Shown piece after piece: positions 27,579-37,639 of a stretch of 64,000 nucleotides of DNA (within the stretch, counting starts at the first letter, position 1; each line of letters opens with the position of its first letter). The DNA is from a virus. Its lineage: Duplodnaviria; Caudoviricetes. The notes below the pieces were generated by a model. The model was not told the DNA's origin and did not search any database. It saw only the letters and a list, made by a program, of their open reading frames with translations. A program made the translations under genes and the position numbers. The stretch is from IMG/VR virus record IMGVR_UViG_2974545452_000001, positions 4,622-68,621 of that record; one strand, 5' to 3'.

Positions 27579-28465
27579 TGACATTAAGACGATCACTTGT
27601 TAGGGTAACGTTTGATATGCCAAACGGCCCTTTGGTTCTCAATGAAGAACTTATGTTGAACATAAACGTCAAGAAGGTCGCTCTGAATATCCAAAACAGG
27701 GCGACCATCGACGTCGGTGGCCTCACTCAAAAAGATCGTGAATATCTTTTGAGCAACTTCACGGCATTCAATAAAAGGCTTGTTGATACAGGGCAAATTG
27801 ACGCCGCATATATTAACATGAAAATAGAGGTTGGATATGAGGAAAATGGCAAGGAGTCGCTTTCCGTAATATTCAAGGGGCAGGTCGTGACAACAGAGCC
27901 GGTATCCGGCCCTCCAAACATGATCACGCGCATCAACTGCTACACAAGGCAAATTGATAAAACGAGATTTGTGACTACGCCTGCGCCAGCAAGAATATCC
28001 TTCAAGGGATACGTGACTTGGGCTGCTCAGCAGATGGGATTCGGCGACAACTTCATCTGCGATACCAGCATCAACGACACTATAATCGTCAACGCTGGAC
28101 GGACAGCATTCACCAACGCCGCTCTGCTTTGGGATATTCAAAACCTGTACAGGGATTCGGTCGCGGCATATATCGATGATGACTTTCTGATTGTTAAGGA
28201 TAAGAATAAAATCCTCAATCAGGGGCAGATAACCAATTTGACTGAGTTCATCAATGGCCCTCCTGAATGGACTGAGTGGGGCGTTGAATTCACCGTTCTG
28301 TTTGATCCAAACGTGAAGCTTGCGACTGGCGTCAGCTTGAAATCGATAATCAACCCAAGCTTGAATGACACCAACTTCGTCATCATGGCGCTTACATATG
28401 AGATTGAAAGTCGCGGCGACAAGTTCTATGTAAAAGCAGAAGCCTCACCAGCGGCGCAGGGGTAG
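27578..28465 (+). CDS. baseplate hub protein
   Basis: Synteny; VLFDPNVKLATGVSLKS; YEIESRGDKFY. Confidence 0.75.
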   Translation: MTLRRSLVRVTFDMPNGPLVLNEELMLNINVKKVALNIQNRATIDVGGLTQKDREYLLSNFTAFNKRLVDTGQIDAAYINMKIEVGYEENGKESLSVIFKGQVVTTEPVSGPPNMITRINCYTRQIDKTRFVTTPAPARISFKGYVTWAAQQMGFGDNFICDTSINDTIIVNAGRTAFTNAALLWDIQNLYRDSVAAYIDDDFLIVKDKNKILNQGQITNLTEFINGPPEWTEWGVEFTVLFDPNVKLATGVSLKSIINPSLNDTNFVIMALTYEIESRGDKFYVKAEASPAAQG

Positions 28466-28467
28466 AA

Positions 28468-28986
28468 ATGAGCAGAAAAACAAAAGAGTTCGAGGCGTTC
28501 GGCGAAAAGTACCGCGTAAAACAATATTCTGCCGTTGATGGCATCGATATATTCGACAACTCAGCAATCAAGACGCCGATGGAGATATTGGCACATACGG
28601 AAATCCTTGTTGGTAAAAGTTGGCGGCCGCTGAACGACGCCTACAACATCGATAAGTACATCAAGGATAAAATTGCAGGCATTGCGCCGCGCCTAGTCCT
28701 AAACGGGATTCAGTCTGTAGTGTGCTCTTTCAACTTCGACTTCATGGAATCTTGGCGGGCCGTTAAAGTTCCAAGACGATTCATGTCATCGTCGGAAATT
28801 ATAAAGAGTGAGAATGTCAATGGCCTGATAGCCCAGCTGGTGACTGCAGAAGTTGCCACGATGAGGGAACTGGAGGAATACTACTCATTGCAGGATGCAT
28901 TTGGCCTTCTTGATATATTAATGGCCAAGGGCGTTAACCAGGCACAAGCGCATGAAGATGCGGTGGCTGAAGCAAAACACAAATAA
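28468..28986 (+). CDS. tail assembly chaperone-like protein
   Basis: YRVKQYSAVDG; ATMRELEEYYSLQDAF. Confidence 0.6.
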   Translation: MSRKTKEFEAFGEKYRVKQYSAVDGIDIFDNSAIKTPMEILAHTEILVGKSWRPLNDAYNIDKYIKDKIAGIAPRLVLNGIQSVVCSFNFDFMESWRAVKVPRRFMSSSEIIKSENVNGLIAQLVTAEVATMRELEEYYSLQDAFGLLDILMAKGVNQAQAHEDAVAEAKHK

Positions 28987-28992
28987 CACGCG

Positions 28993-29021
28993 TTTACTTA
29001 TCACACAATCGCTATTATAAT
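28993..29021 (+). promoter_or_regulatory. internal sigma70-like promoter
   Basis: TTTACT-17-TATAAT before the spike gene. Confidence 0.6.
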
Positions 29022-29053
29022 ATCTGATGATATTAATCACTAAGGATATTATA

Positions 29054-29803
29054 ATGGCGAACACCCAGCCTAATCAATTGACGTCCGCCAACCAAGGTGA
29101 TAAAACCACTCTTTGGTCTGCTCTGCAATTCATGAACAGACAGCAGTCGATGAGCACGGATGGCATGATTCCGGCCTCTATCTCAAGTTACGACGCGAAA
29201 GAGAATCTGGCGACTGTCACGCCACTCATTCAGTTTGTTGCCGTTGATGGAACGTCAATCTCAAGACAGCCACTGGTAGAAATCCCGGTGCTGGCATTAG
29301 GTGGCGGCGGCTTCATGCTCCACTTCCCAATCCAGCCAGGTGATCTTGGCTGGATATTTGCCGCAGACCGTGACTTGTCGCTATTCAAGCAGAGTCTTCA
29401 GGAGACAAAACCTAACACTGGAAGGATAAAGCAATTCAGCGATGGGCTTTGGATTCCTGACGTATTCAGAAAATACTCTTTGAATGGAGAAGACGACGGT
29501 TGTGTAGTACTGCAGTCAACTGACGGCGCAAGCAGAATATCTCTGAACGCATCCAGAGTGAAGATAACAACTGGCGCTGTCATCGTTGACACGCCAATCG
29601 CAACGTTCACCAAAGATGTAATGGTTGAAGGTAAAATGACTGTTCAGCAACAAACCACGGTCAATGGCGGATTCACCGCTGCCGATGGAACATCTTGCAC
29701 GCTTCCTGCAAACGCAACTGTGGGCGGCATCAACGTAACAACTCACGGTCATGAGCAACAGAATAATGGTTCTGGCCGGACAGCAGGGGGCATGACCGAA
29801 TGA
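29054..29803 (+). CDS. baseplate central spike (Gp138/gp45-like)
   Basis: FPIQPGDLGWIFAADRD; FSDGLWIPD; C-terminal THGH (HxH metal tip). Confidence 0.88.
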   Translation: MANTQPNQLTSANQGDKTTLWSALQFMNRQQSMSTDGMIPASISSYDAKENLATVTPLIQFVAVDGTSISRQPLVEIPVLALGGGGFMLHFPIQPGDLGWIFAADRDLSLFKQSLQETKPNTGRIKQFSDGLWIPDVFRKYSLNGEDDGCVVLQSTDGASRISLNASRVKITTGAVIVDTPIATFTKDVMVEGKMTVQQQTTVNGGFTAADGTSCTLPANATVGGINVTTHGHEQQNNGSGRTAGGMTE

Positions 29804-31056
29804 CCGCAAATTACAACTATATCATCGATACAGGAATTGTAAGCGCAGACACCCAAGATATTTTGACTGATGTTCAGAATGAATGGAAGGACGCTCTTGG
29901 ACAAGACCTTGATGTTGACGCCAGCACGCCGCAGGGCACGCTTATCCAAAGCGAGGCTGTTGCACGCGCATCGGTGATGAAGAACGATGCAGAGCTTGCC
30001 AACCAGATCAACCCGAACTACTCCATGGGCACTTTCCTGGACGGCATCTGCGCATTGATGGATATTTCGCGCGGCGAAAACAAGTCAACTGTTGGACTTG
30101 GCGTTATTGCAAAAGGCGACCCAAAACGTGTTATTCCATTCGGCACGAGGGTTTCAACCCCTGACGGCTCTATATTCATCGTAAACGCAAACTTCACAAT
30201 ACAAGACAACAGACAGGCGTCAATCAGCCTTATATCTGTTGGATTCGGCCCTGTGGCGCTTCCGGTTGGTCAACTTACCATTCTTGATCAGGTAATTGGG
30301 CTGGCGAGCATCGAGGTCACTTCAACCACGACTGTCACGCTTGGCAGGATTCAACTTAACGACCCACAACTGAAAGCCAAGCGTGAGCTGCAACTTTTCA
30401 ATCAGGGCGTTGGTTGCACTGGCGCAATCAGAGCAAAGGCGCTGTCTGTCAACAACGTACAGTCGGTTATGGTTGTTGAGAACAACACCGGCGCTCCTGG
30501 TGTCGTAAACGGCGTTGATTTCACCCTTCCTAGCGCTATGTATGTATGCGTAGCGGGCAACCCAGACATACAGGAAATGGCTGACGCGCTGTATGCCGCG
30601 CATGGCGGCGGTTGCCCATGGGACTACGGCGCAGCAGGAAACGGAAACCCGGTGAACGCGCCCGATGGCGTGACGGTTATTGATCCATACTCAAAACTGC
30701 CATACAAAGTCAAGTTTACTACTTCCATCAAATTTGACATCTATATAAAAATAACTGTGCAGCGCGGTAGTTCTGCCGCAAGCGATGTTGGAGTTCAAAA
30801 CGCCATCATCGCATATGCAACTGGGAACCAAGCGGGTGAGCAGGGCTTCGTTACTGGCGCATCAATATCAGCATTCGAAATAGCTGGCGCTGTCTGTAGA
30901 GTATTCCCTGGCGCATACGTCAAATCGTGCCAAGTCGCGGCGGTCGCTGAAGGCGGTTCAATTCCTCCAGATTCCCAATTCTCGCTTGAAGTTCCAATGC
31001 TGCCTTATCAACAGGGCACAACGCAGCTTGGATTCATCATTGTGACGATGGAGTGA
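29800..31056 (+). CDS. baseplate J-like wedge protein
   Basis: TPQGTLI, NQINPNYSMGTFLD, VMVVENNTG. Confidence 0.88.
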   Translation: MTANYNYIIDTGIVSADTQDILTDVQNEWKDALGQDLDVDASTPQGTLIQSEAVARASVMKNDAELANQINPNYSMGTFLDGICALMDISRGENKSTVGLGVIAKGDPKRVIPFGTRVSTPDGSIFIVNANFTIQDNRQASISLISVGFGPVALPVGQLTILDQVIGLASIEVTSTTTVTLGRIQLNDPQLKAKRELQLFNQGVGCTGAIRAKALSVNNVQSVMVVENNTGAPGVVNGVDFTLPSAMYVCVAGNPDIQEMADALYAAHGGGCPWDYGAAGNGNPVNAPDGVTVIDPYSKLPYKVKFTTSIKFDIYIKITVQRGSSAASDVGVQNAIIAYATGNQAGEQGFVTGASISAFEIAGAVCRVFPGAYVKSCQVAAVAEGGSIPPDSQFSLEVPMLPYQQGTTQLGFIIVTME

Positions 31057-31059
31057 TTT

Positions 31060-31815
31060 ATGCAAAAATATAACACCGACATAAATCAAGTTCTGAAGTG
31101 GATGCAGAACAAGGCTCCAAACATCACAAGCTTGATAAACCAAAAGGCGGATTGGTACAGGATAAACCACGAGCAGTTTTGGGAGGATTGGAAAAGCGAC
31201 GTTTTCGACTTGAGGACGGCCAAGCCATTCGGGCTTGTTGTTTGGTGCATCATCCTCGGCGTTCCATCTTCTCTTTTCGGCTTCTATACAAACGTAAATG
31301 CCTGGGCATACGGCAGCAAGCGCGAAAACTTCGTATACAGCGGAGACTCGCAATATGAAGGGTATGAGGTTCCAGCACAGACTGATCCATACAACATCGT
31401 ACTGCCAATTAATGGAACGACTACCGTAAGCAATCCAAACTTAATTGGCGGCAACTTCGTTGGCGGTGGCTCAACCACCCTTTTGACCATCGAGGAAACT
31501 CGTTGGGTTTTGATGCTGCGATATGCCGCGTTAATATCGAATGGGCAAGTATCATGGATAAACCGTATGTTGAGATATATATTCAACGACGGGCAGGATT
31601 GGGACTATAGCACTAAGAAATATTTCTACCTGGCTGATTCAACCATCGTGCCATCGGCGACGGTCAATGCGATAACGACTCCATATTATATGGAATACAG
31701 AATTGGCGCGGCGATGAAGATTAGTGGTCAGTTTATTGAATTGTTAAACAGCGCCCAATACGGTATAATGCCGACTTGTAGCGGGATCAAATACAAAGTG
31801 GTACAGGAGTCATAA
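31060..31815 (+). CDS. baseplate protein (DUF2612)
   Basis: FDLRTAKPFGLVVWCIILG; synteny. Confidence 0.75.
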   Translation: MQKYNTDINQVLKWMQNKAPNITSLINQKADWYRINHEQFWEDWKSDVFDLRTAKPFGLVVWCIILGVPSSLFGFYTNVNAWAYGSKRENFVYSGDSQYEGYEVPAQTDPYNIVLPINGTTTVSNPNLIGGNFVGGGSTTLLTIEETRWVLMLRYAALISNGQVSWINRMLRYIFNDGQDWDYSTKKYFYLADSTIVPSATVNAITTPYYMEYRIGAAMKISGQFIELLNSAQYGIMPTCSGIKYKVVQES

Positions 31816-31816
31816 C

Positions 31817-34015
31817 ATGCCATCAATTTTAATCAATCAGCCATTTGCCGCTGCCGGTGACAAAAGTGCCGTTCCAACGACAGATCCAAATGGCAAGGTC
31901 AACTTGACTCAGGGCTACACTCCTGACTATGAGATTGATCTCAACTCCGGTGACCCAAAAGCAAAACCTGTTGAACGAAGCGTTCAAAACTGGCTGTTTT
32001 ACGCTTTGACGCTGAACCAACAGACTTGGCAGCGCCAGGGATTTTGTGAATGGTTCTCAACAATGCCTAATGGCTATCCAAAGAATGCCATTGTAATCCG
32101 CCAACGCAGTGATGGGTTCTTTTACCCTTACCGCTCCCTGATCGACGGAAACGTGTCTGACCCACTGACGACGCCTTCCCAATGGGACTATATTCAGAGC
32201 ACCAAAGAATTGGTGGCGAACATCCCTATGCCGTCGGGCGGGCCAGACGGCTCAGGCGCTGAACTGATAACCTCAAGCGTTGATTTCAACTCCAAGTTGA
32301 ACGGCACCTGGGAAGTGATCAATGACGCCGTTGCATCCGGTTGTCAAAACCTTCCTGCCGATGGCAACGGGGTTCGCCGTGCTGGTATGTTGGAATCGAA
32401 ACGTTGGGACAGCGCAAGCTCCGCCAACCAAATCGTTATTCAGCGATACACAACCAACACCGGTATTGTTTTCGTCAGAACGTCGGTTAATTCCGTTCCA
32501 GGCCCTTGGGGCAGACTCACTGGCGAAAAAGACTTCATGCGCTTCGCCAGAGGGCTGACTTTAACAACCAACACCACGCTTTCATCCGACAACATTGGCA
32601 ACTATATTCGTTGGCAGCCAAGCCCAGCGGCGAATGGCCAGCTAGTGTTGCCGAGCCGTTCAACGTTTTATCCAGGCCAAACGATGTGGTTCATCAACCA
32701 GTCGGCAACGACAACGTTGACGCTCATCAGCGCGCCTGGCGAAAGCATCATGCGACCGGATTTCCAAACCGCTTCCAGCATCGTCCTTCAGCCTGGCGAC
32801 ACAGCATATATTGTTGCGTCTGAGACTCCAAGCCGCTGGGACTTGTTCGGCGGCTCGTTAACGATGTCATACGCGCAAACGTGGGTACCAACACAGCAGA
32901 CTTCTGAATTCTCTCAGAAAATTGCCAGCTGCGCATTCACTTGGAACGTGGCAAGGACGCGCGCCGACCCAACCAGCAACTTCGCCGCGCGCATGTCACC
33001 GGCACGTGTTCTTGTTGGCGCCGACGTACCAACGACTCCGGGTGTATGGCAGGCAGAGGCCTCCACCTTCACGCCGCATGGCTATGGCACGCTCTTGGTT
33101 ACCACCAACAGGAATGATTTGGGTGTTCCGTTGACAGGCTCTGCTGCTCCTGGCTCATACGTGCAGATGATCTTTGTTGGTCACGGCGCATCTAAGATGT
33201 ATCACCGAGTCGTCGTTGACGGAAACCCAAGCAAAGACAGCGGGTGGATTCAGGAGTTGACCACCGCTGGCGGCGACGTGTCATCCTTGAACGTCCTGAA
33301 CAGTTTTGCGGCCCAGAGCGGCGTTGACGTTGGTAATACAATTGGATCAGCTGGCGGCGCAGCGATTCGATTCCACACTGGCGGATCAACTTCGGTCAAC
33401 ACTTACGACTGCCAATTGTACTCTACAGCCGGATCAAATAACATCATAGCCAGACCATACAACAACGCCACCACGAAATTTGGCCGCTTCATGGTCGAGG
33501 GCGCTGGCAACCACTTCATGCAGTTTGCAGTCGGATACGTTACCGGCTCCGTTGATATGGGGATTTTGCTTAACTGCTTTGGCAATGCAACTAGGAAAAA
33601 CGTTCTTGATTTTTCGGTGCTTGGCTCTGATGGCACCATCAAGAATGCACTTATGACCATTGAGGGCGATGGTAATGCAACCAACAGTGCAAAATTGACT
33701 GTTTGGGGCGGCATCCAAACCATGGCCAACGTAACAGTCGGCAGCGCCGTATACCAGCCTGACGGCAACATAAAGGGCTCACTTTGGGGCGGCAACACCA
33801 TTCTCCAGTGGTTAAATGCGAATGTGATAACCAACATTCGACTTGGCGATATGTCCCGTATGCCAAACTATAATGGCGGCGAAGCCATGTCCGCATCAGG
33901 ACAGCTCACTGTTGGTGTTGGCGACTTCGGTGCCGACGATGGTTATGGCTATCAAAGGCCGCTGCAATTCCGGCGCCCGAATGATTCTGCTTGGTACAAC
34001 ATATATTCTACTTGA
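31817..34015 (+). CDS. tail fibre protein
   Basis: PFAAAGDK...VNLTQGYTPDYE anchor; C-terminal YQPDGNIKGSLWGG...NIRLG typical of enterobacterial phage fibres. Confidence 0.9.
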   Translation: MPSILINQPFAAAGDKSAVPTTDPNGKVNLTQGYTPDYEIDLNSGDPKAKPVERSVQNWLFYALTLNQQTWQRQGFCEWFSTMPNGYPKNAIVIRQRSDGFFYPYRSLIDGNVSDPLTTPSQWDYIQSTKELVANIPMPSGGPDGSGAELITSSVDFNSKLNGTWEVINDAVASGCQNLPADGNGVRRAGMLESKRWDSASSANQIVIQRYTTNTGIVFVRTSVNSVPGPWGRLTGEKDFMRFARGLTLTTNTTLSSDNIGNYIRWQPSPAANGQLVLPSRSTFYPGQTMWFINQSATTTLTLISAPGESIMRPDFQTASSIVLQPGDTAYIVASETPSRWDLFGGSLTMSYAQTWVPTQQTSEFSQKIASCAFTWNVARTRADPTSNFAARMSPARVLVGADVPTTPGVWQAEASTFTPHGYGTLLVTTNRNDLGVPLTGSAAPGSYVQMIFVGHGASKMYHRVVVDGNPSKDSGWIQELTTAGGDVSSLNVLNSFAAQSGVDVGNTIGSAGGAAIRFHTGGSTSVNTYDCQLYSTAGSNNIIARPYNNATTKFGRFMVEGAGNHFMQFAVGYVTGSVDMGILLNCFGNATRKNVLDFSVLGSDGTIKNALMTIEGDGNATNSAKLTVWGGIQTMANVTVGSAVYQPDGNIKGSLWGGNTILQWLNANVITNIRLGDMSRMPNYNGGEAMSASGQLTVGVGDFGADDGYGYQRPLQFRRPNDSAWYNIYST

Positions 34016-34026
34016 GGAATTTCTAG

Positions 34027-34527
34027 ATGGAAATGCGATATTTAAAGCGTTACGAGAATGACAGTGAAGATGCTGTGCCAAAGGCCATTTACCACAGGGA
34101 TGACAAGGGGCGTGACTGGTACAAGCACCTTCACATGTTTGACAAGAAGTATGTCGTGGCAACAGACTTCGAAGGCAATGTGCTTTGCGTGACAACTAAC
34201 GGCGCATCTGGAATTTGCCCGGATAATATGCACGTTTTCGATTGTGATTCTGTTCCAGAAAACATCGGCCTTGGGGCTGGCTGGACTTACTTGAATGGCG
34301 TGTTCGAAATGAACAAAGAACAGCTGTTGAAGATCAACAAAAACAAAAGGGCCAAGCTTCTTCGTGAAGCATCTGATGAAGTCGCGGCTCTTGAAGATGC
34401 GGAAACCCTGGGTGAAACCACTGATGAAGAGGCTGCGCTGTTAAAGTCTTGGCGCGCTTATCGTTTGGCGATTTCCAGAGTTGATGTTAATATCGACAAT
34501 GTCGAATGGCCAAAGAAACCAAATTAA
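34027..34527 (+). CDS. tail fibre assembly chaperone (Caudo_TAP)
   Basis: GRDWY; EEAALLKSWRAYRLAISRVD...VEWPKKP. Confidence 0.9.
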   Translation: MEMRYLKRYENDSEDAVPKAIYHRDDKGRDWYKHLHMFDKKYVVATDFEGNVLCVTTNGASGICPDNMHVFDCDSVPENIGLGAGWTYLNGVFEMNKEQLLKINKNKRAKLLREASDEVAALEDAETLGETTDEEAALLKSWRAYRLAISRVDVNIDNVEWPKKPN

Positions 34528-34569
34528 CAAACAAGCGCCTGTAATGGGCGCTTAATTATAGAGGTCGAT

Positions 34570-35232
34570 ATGAAGTTGACAATTGATATTATTGTGGCAA
34601 GTACTGGCGCGACGCGTGACGTCGCTTCTAAATGGCTCGATGCCCTGCAGGCGGCTTGTGATAAGTACGAAATCAACAACCGTCGGCGCGTGGCGATGTT
34701 CATGGCTAATCTGGGCGTGGAATCTGGCGGTCTGACGCAAGTGGCGGAGAACATGAACTATTCAGCCAAGCGCATGGCCGCTGTCTGGCCGGGGCGTTAC
34801 GCGGTCGATGCTAAAGCGACCATTAAACAGCCGAACGCGCTGGCCTTATCGCTCGCGAACAACCCACAGAAGCTGGCCAACAATGTCTATGCAAACCGGC
34901 TGGGGAATGGCGACGAAGCCAGCGGCGACGGCTGGAACTTCCGTGGTCAGGGGCCGATTCAGATGACCGGGCGCGACAACATCACCCGCGCAGGGAAGGC
35001 GATTGGTGTTGATTTGGCGTCGAATCCAGCACTGTTGCAGACCCCAGAGGTGGGCGCCATGGCATCTGCGTGGTTCTGGTCTACTAACGACTTGAACCGC
35101 GCGGCTGACCTGGATATGTTCAGTCAGTCGGTCAAGAAGATCAATGGACAACTACCGTGCGACGCTAACAATGGCGAGGTTCGCCGCGCGTTGTACCGGG
35201 CTGGCCTATTAGCGATTGATACAGCAGAATAA
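34570..35232 (+). CDS. endolysin, GH19 chitinase-like
   Basis: AMFMANLGVESGGL, ENMNYS, GDGWNFRGQGPIQMTGRDN, SAWFW, KKING. Confidence 0.92.
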   Translation: MKLTIDIIVASTGATRDVASKWLDALQAACDKYEINNRRRVAMFMANLGVESGGLTQVAENMNYSAKRMAAVWPGRYAVDAKATIKQPNALALSLANNPQKLANNVYANRLGNGDEASGDGWNFRGQGPIQMTGRDNITRAGKAIGVDLASNPALLQTPEVGAMASAWFWSTNDLNRAADLDMFSQSVKKINGQLPCDANNGEVRRALYRAGLLAIDTAE

Positions 35233-35235
35233 AGA

Positions 35236-35259
35236 AAAGCCCCTCAATCGAGGGGCTTT
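35236..35259. terminator. bidirectional terminator
   Basis: AAAGCCCCTC-AATC-GAGGGGCTTT between convergent operons. Confidence 0.85.
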
Positions 35260-35261
35260 GT

Positions 35262-35480
35262 TCACTTCTGAGATAGGACAGGGAGTGGGTCAGACGGCGT
35301 ATCAATTGAAACATATGAGCTAACTGCGCTCAATGCGCCAATCAATATAGCGCGTATGATTCTATCCTTGACAGACTCACCGATGATTCTGATGAGAACA
35401 CCCATCAAGAGATCAACCAGCTCAGGGCTGATACCCTTGAATTTCCTGCCGCCTTTCTTCTCTTCGTCCATAGACGCCAC
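35262..35480 (-). CDS. small hydrophobic hypothetical protein
   Basis: 72 aa with amphipathic/hydrophobic helices. Confidence 0.55.
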   Translation of the reverse strand: MASMDEEKKGGRKFKGISPELVDLLMGVLIRIIGESVKDRIIRAILIGALSAVSSYVSIDTPSDPLPVLSQK

Positions 35481-35526
35481 CAGTCAAAAAATGAAGTCCA
35501 TTTCGGCCAATCATGAAAACGGCCAA

Positions 35527-36036
35527 TCACATAGGAAAGAATGCGCTTTCTGACTCGGTCGGCGATGTATTGTAAGTCACCTTCACGATTGCGGATTCTC
35601 TGGAGAGTCGCATGAATTCGGCAACATCCTCATCATGGATGAGGAATAGAACATCGCCAGACGCTTTGTCAGGAAACAACAAATATTCCCGGTACAGTGT
35701 TTGGCCGTCTCTAAGATTATACTGAAAACGCGCTTTTATTTCTTTACCTTTATTTACCTTTTTATCGATAAAGAAATAAGCCTCCATCTTGTCGTTTTTA
35801 TTGCGGACGCAAAGAGAATTGGAGACGTACCAGAGAAAGTTCGAATCGTTCCTGATCTCAGCCTTGCAAAACACAGATACGGTCGGCTGTTGCGATTCGG
35901 TGTAGTACGCGGATGACGAACGGACAGCGACATCAACTGAAGAATATTTGGGCGATATGACATTTGAAGCGTCAGCGGCAGTGCACAAAAACAACGCCGC
36001 AATGACTACTATGATAAAGGGAACTAATGATTTCAT
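35527..36036 (-). CDS. exported hypothetical protein
   Basis: GGAG RBS, ATG 36036; signal peptide MKSLVPFIIVVIAALFLCTAADA. Confidence 0.7.
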   Translation of the reverse strand: MKSLVPFIIVVIAALFLCTAADASNVISPKYSSVDVAVRSSSAYYTESQQPTVSVFCKAEIRNDSNFLWYVSNSLCVRNKNDKMEAYFFIDKKVNKGKEIKARFQYNLRDGQTLYREYLLFPDKASGDVLFLIHDEDVAEFMRLSRESAIVKVTYNTSPTESESAFFPM

Positions 36037-36079
36037 GGTGTACTCCGAATAATGATGCCCGGAATACACCGGGCGAAGT

Positions 36080-36310
36080 TTATGCTACGACGTTAAAGCC
36101 TATGTGTGGGATGCCTGCCTGTACTGCGTCCATGCCGATGAAGATGACGATGTAGCGTCCGAAGTGCTTCTTTGCGTAATCAGTGGTGCTAGTTGACATC
36201 ATCACCATATAGCGAAGGTTGGAAGGGATATTCAACTTGGCAACTGCCTTATGGGCATTTTCAGGTGTTGCGTAGCTCTTGGTTGGTTCGATGTCATAGA
36301 AAGTTGCCAT
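36080..36310 (-). CDS. hypothetical protein (76 aa)
   Basis: GAGGA RBS; KSYATPENA. Confidence 0.75.
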   Translation of the reverse strand: MATFYDIEPTKSYATPENAHKAVAKLNIPSNLRYMVMMSTSTTDYAKKHFGRYIVIFIGMDAVQAGIPHIGFNVVA

Positions 36311-36357
36311 GTCTCAATCCTCTTTAAGGTTAAGGCGTTATTGCCTTCTTGATATAA

Positions 36358-36386
36358 ATAATAACGCCTCCAATCGGAGGCGTCAA
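36358..36386 (-). promoter_or_regulatory. sigma70-like promoter with 8-bp-stem palindrome
   Basis: TTGACG-17-TATTAT; ACGCCTCC-AATC-GGAGGCGT. Confidence 0.75.
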
Positions 36387-36413
36387 GTGGTTTATGTGCA
36401 AAGTTGCAATAAA

Positions 36414-37358
36414 TTATGGAAGATCAAATTTTGGCCTGTGGCACTTGTAAAGCGCAGAGCGCGGCACGTCAACGATGCCAAAGTCAAAGAATTTGTAGGT
36501 GATTGATTCGCCGCGCTCTGCTTCGCGATGAGTCCAGCGACCAGCGCGCTCTGCCATCGTCATGGTGCCGCAGCTTACGTTGAACGGAATCGGCTCACCG
36601 TCTTTGTCCTTGTACTTAGGGTTGATTACGACATAGGAGCCGAGAATTCCCTTTCCGACCATACCGGCTTTATGGGTGGAGCGCTTTGTTCTGCCAAGCT
36701 CATCCAGGAAAGCTTCGTTGGTGTTCTCTTCCATTTCCACGAAGTCAACAATCACCCCTTCTTCGTCCGTCCAAGGCTTGTCTTTCCAGCAGATTGGTTT
36801 GGACTTGCCGCTGCGGCCGTGCTTGTATTCGCCATCCCAAGCTTTGCCATAAAGCCCTTCATATCGCAGGTCAGCGGCCTCTTGCTGCATCGCTTCGTAT
36901 TCTTCCATGGTTTCTATGTGGCGATATTCCACGATGCGAAGGAACGGCCTCTCACCGATGGACTGCAAGTGCTCGTTGATTGCACGGACGCGATGACAAT
37001 AGCTGACATAGCGCTGCTTGAACGGCAACGTGATATCACTAAAGTCATCGAACACCCAGTAATGGAATTCAGGCTCGCCGTCAACAGAGGTAACAGCTGA
37101 TGACGTCTGTTGCATGACGTTTGGATCATTTGGGTTTCCGCGCACCAGCTCGCCGTCCAGGCCTTTGATTAGGTCGCCCAACAACTCAAACTTACTTTGG
37201 ATGTAAAGATTGGGAAGAACCTTGCCGGTGGAAGACATAGCGGCGTTGTTGTATGACATACCACGGAAACCGTCAATTTTGAACGAAAGTCCACACGGCA
37301 ATGGCACTTCTTTAAGCTCTGAACGCTGGATGCCTTTTAGTGGTTTTAGTGCTAACAT
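36414..37358 (-). CDS. lig: ATP-dependent DNA ligase
   Basis: SFKIDGFRG (KxDG), LDGEL, YWVFD, YEGLYGK, WKDK, OB domain. Confidence 0.92.
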   Translation of the reverse strand: MLALKPLKGIQRSELKEVPLPCGLSFKIDGFRGMSYNNAAMSSTGKVLPNLYIQSKFELLGDLIKGLDGELVRGNPNDPNVMQQTSSAVTSVDGEPEFHYWVFDDFSDITLPFKQRYVSYCHRVRAINEHLQSIGERPFLRIVEYRHIETMEEYEAMQQEAADLRYEGLYGKAWDGEYKHGRSGKSKPICWKDKPWTDEEGVIVDFVEMEENTNEAFLDELGRTKRSTHKAGMVGKGILGSYVVINPKYKDKDGEPIPFNVSCGTMTMAERAGRWTHREAERGESITYKFFDFGIVDVPRSALYKCHRPKFDLP

Positions 37359-37429
37359 TGTAAACACTCCGATGCAGTTTTCTAAGAAAAGGCCCGGAAT
37401 AACCGGGCGTTAAATCGTTGGCTTTAGTG

Positions 37430-37639
37430 TTAATAAGCGCGACGTGCTGAGACGTGTTCGGCAGCGGCCATGCTTCGGAACGTATCAATCCAGCGGAGGG
37501 TTCGAACGGTTCCATTATCGAACTTGATATTGACTTCTCCACGAATTGTTGAGTTGCCGTCGCATACGCCGCGCCTGATCGTTCCCTTTTCGCTCACGTG
37601 ATAAACAACTTCGCCATCAGCAAAACGATCGATTTCCAT
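37430..37639 (-). CDS. hypothetical protein (69 aa)
   Basis: Coupled ORF, small beta-barrel-like. Confidence 0.6.
   Translation of the reverse strand: MEIDRFADGEVVYHVSEKGTIRRGVCDGNSTIRGEVNIKFDNGTVRTLRWIDTFRSMAAAEHVSARRAY

Noticed and set aside
31817-34527. DGR or invertible fibre cassette
   Set aside because: No reverse transcriptase, invertase, template repeat or flanking inverted repeats seen
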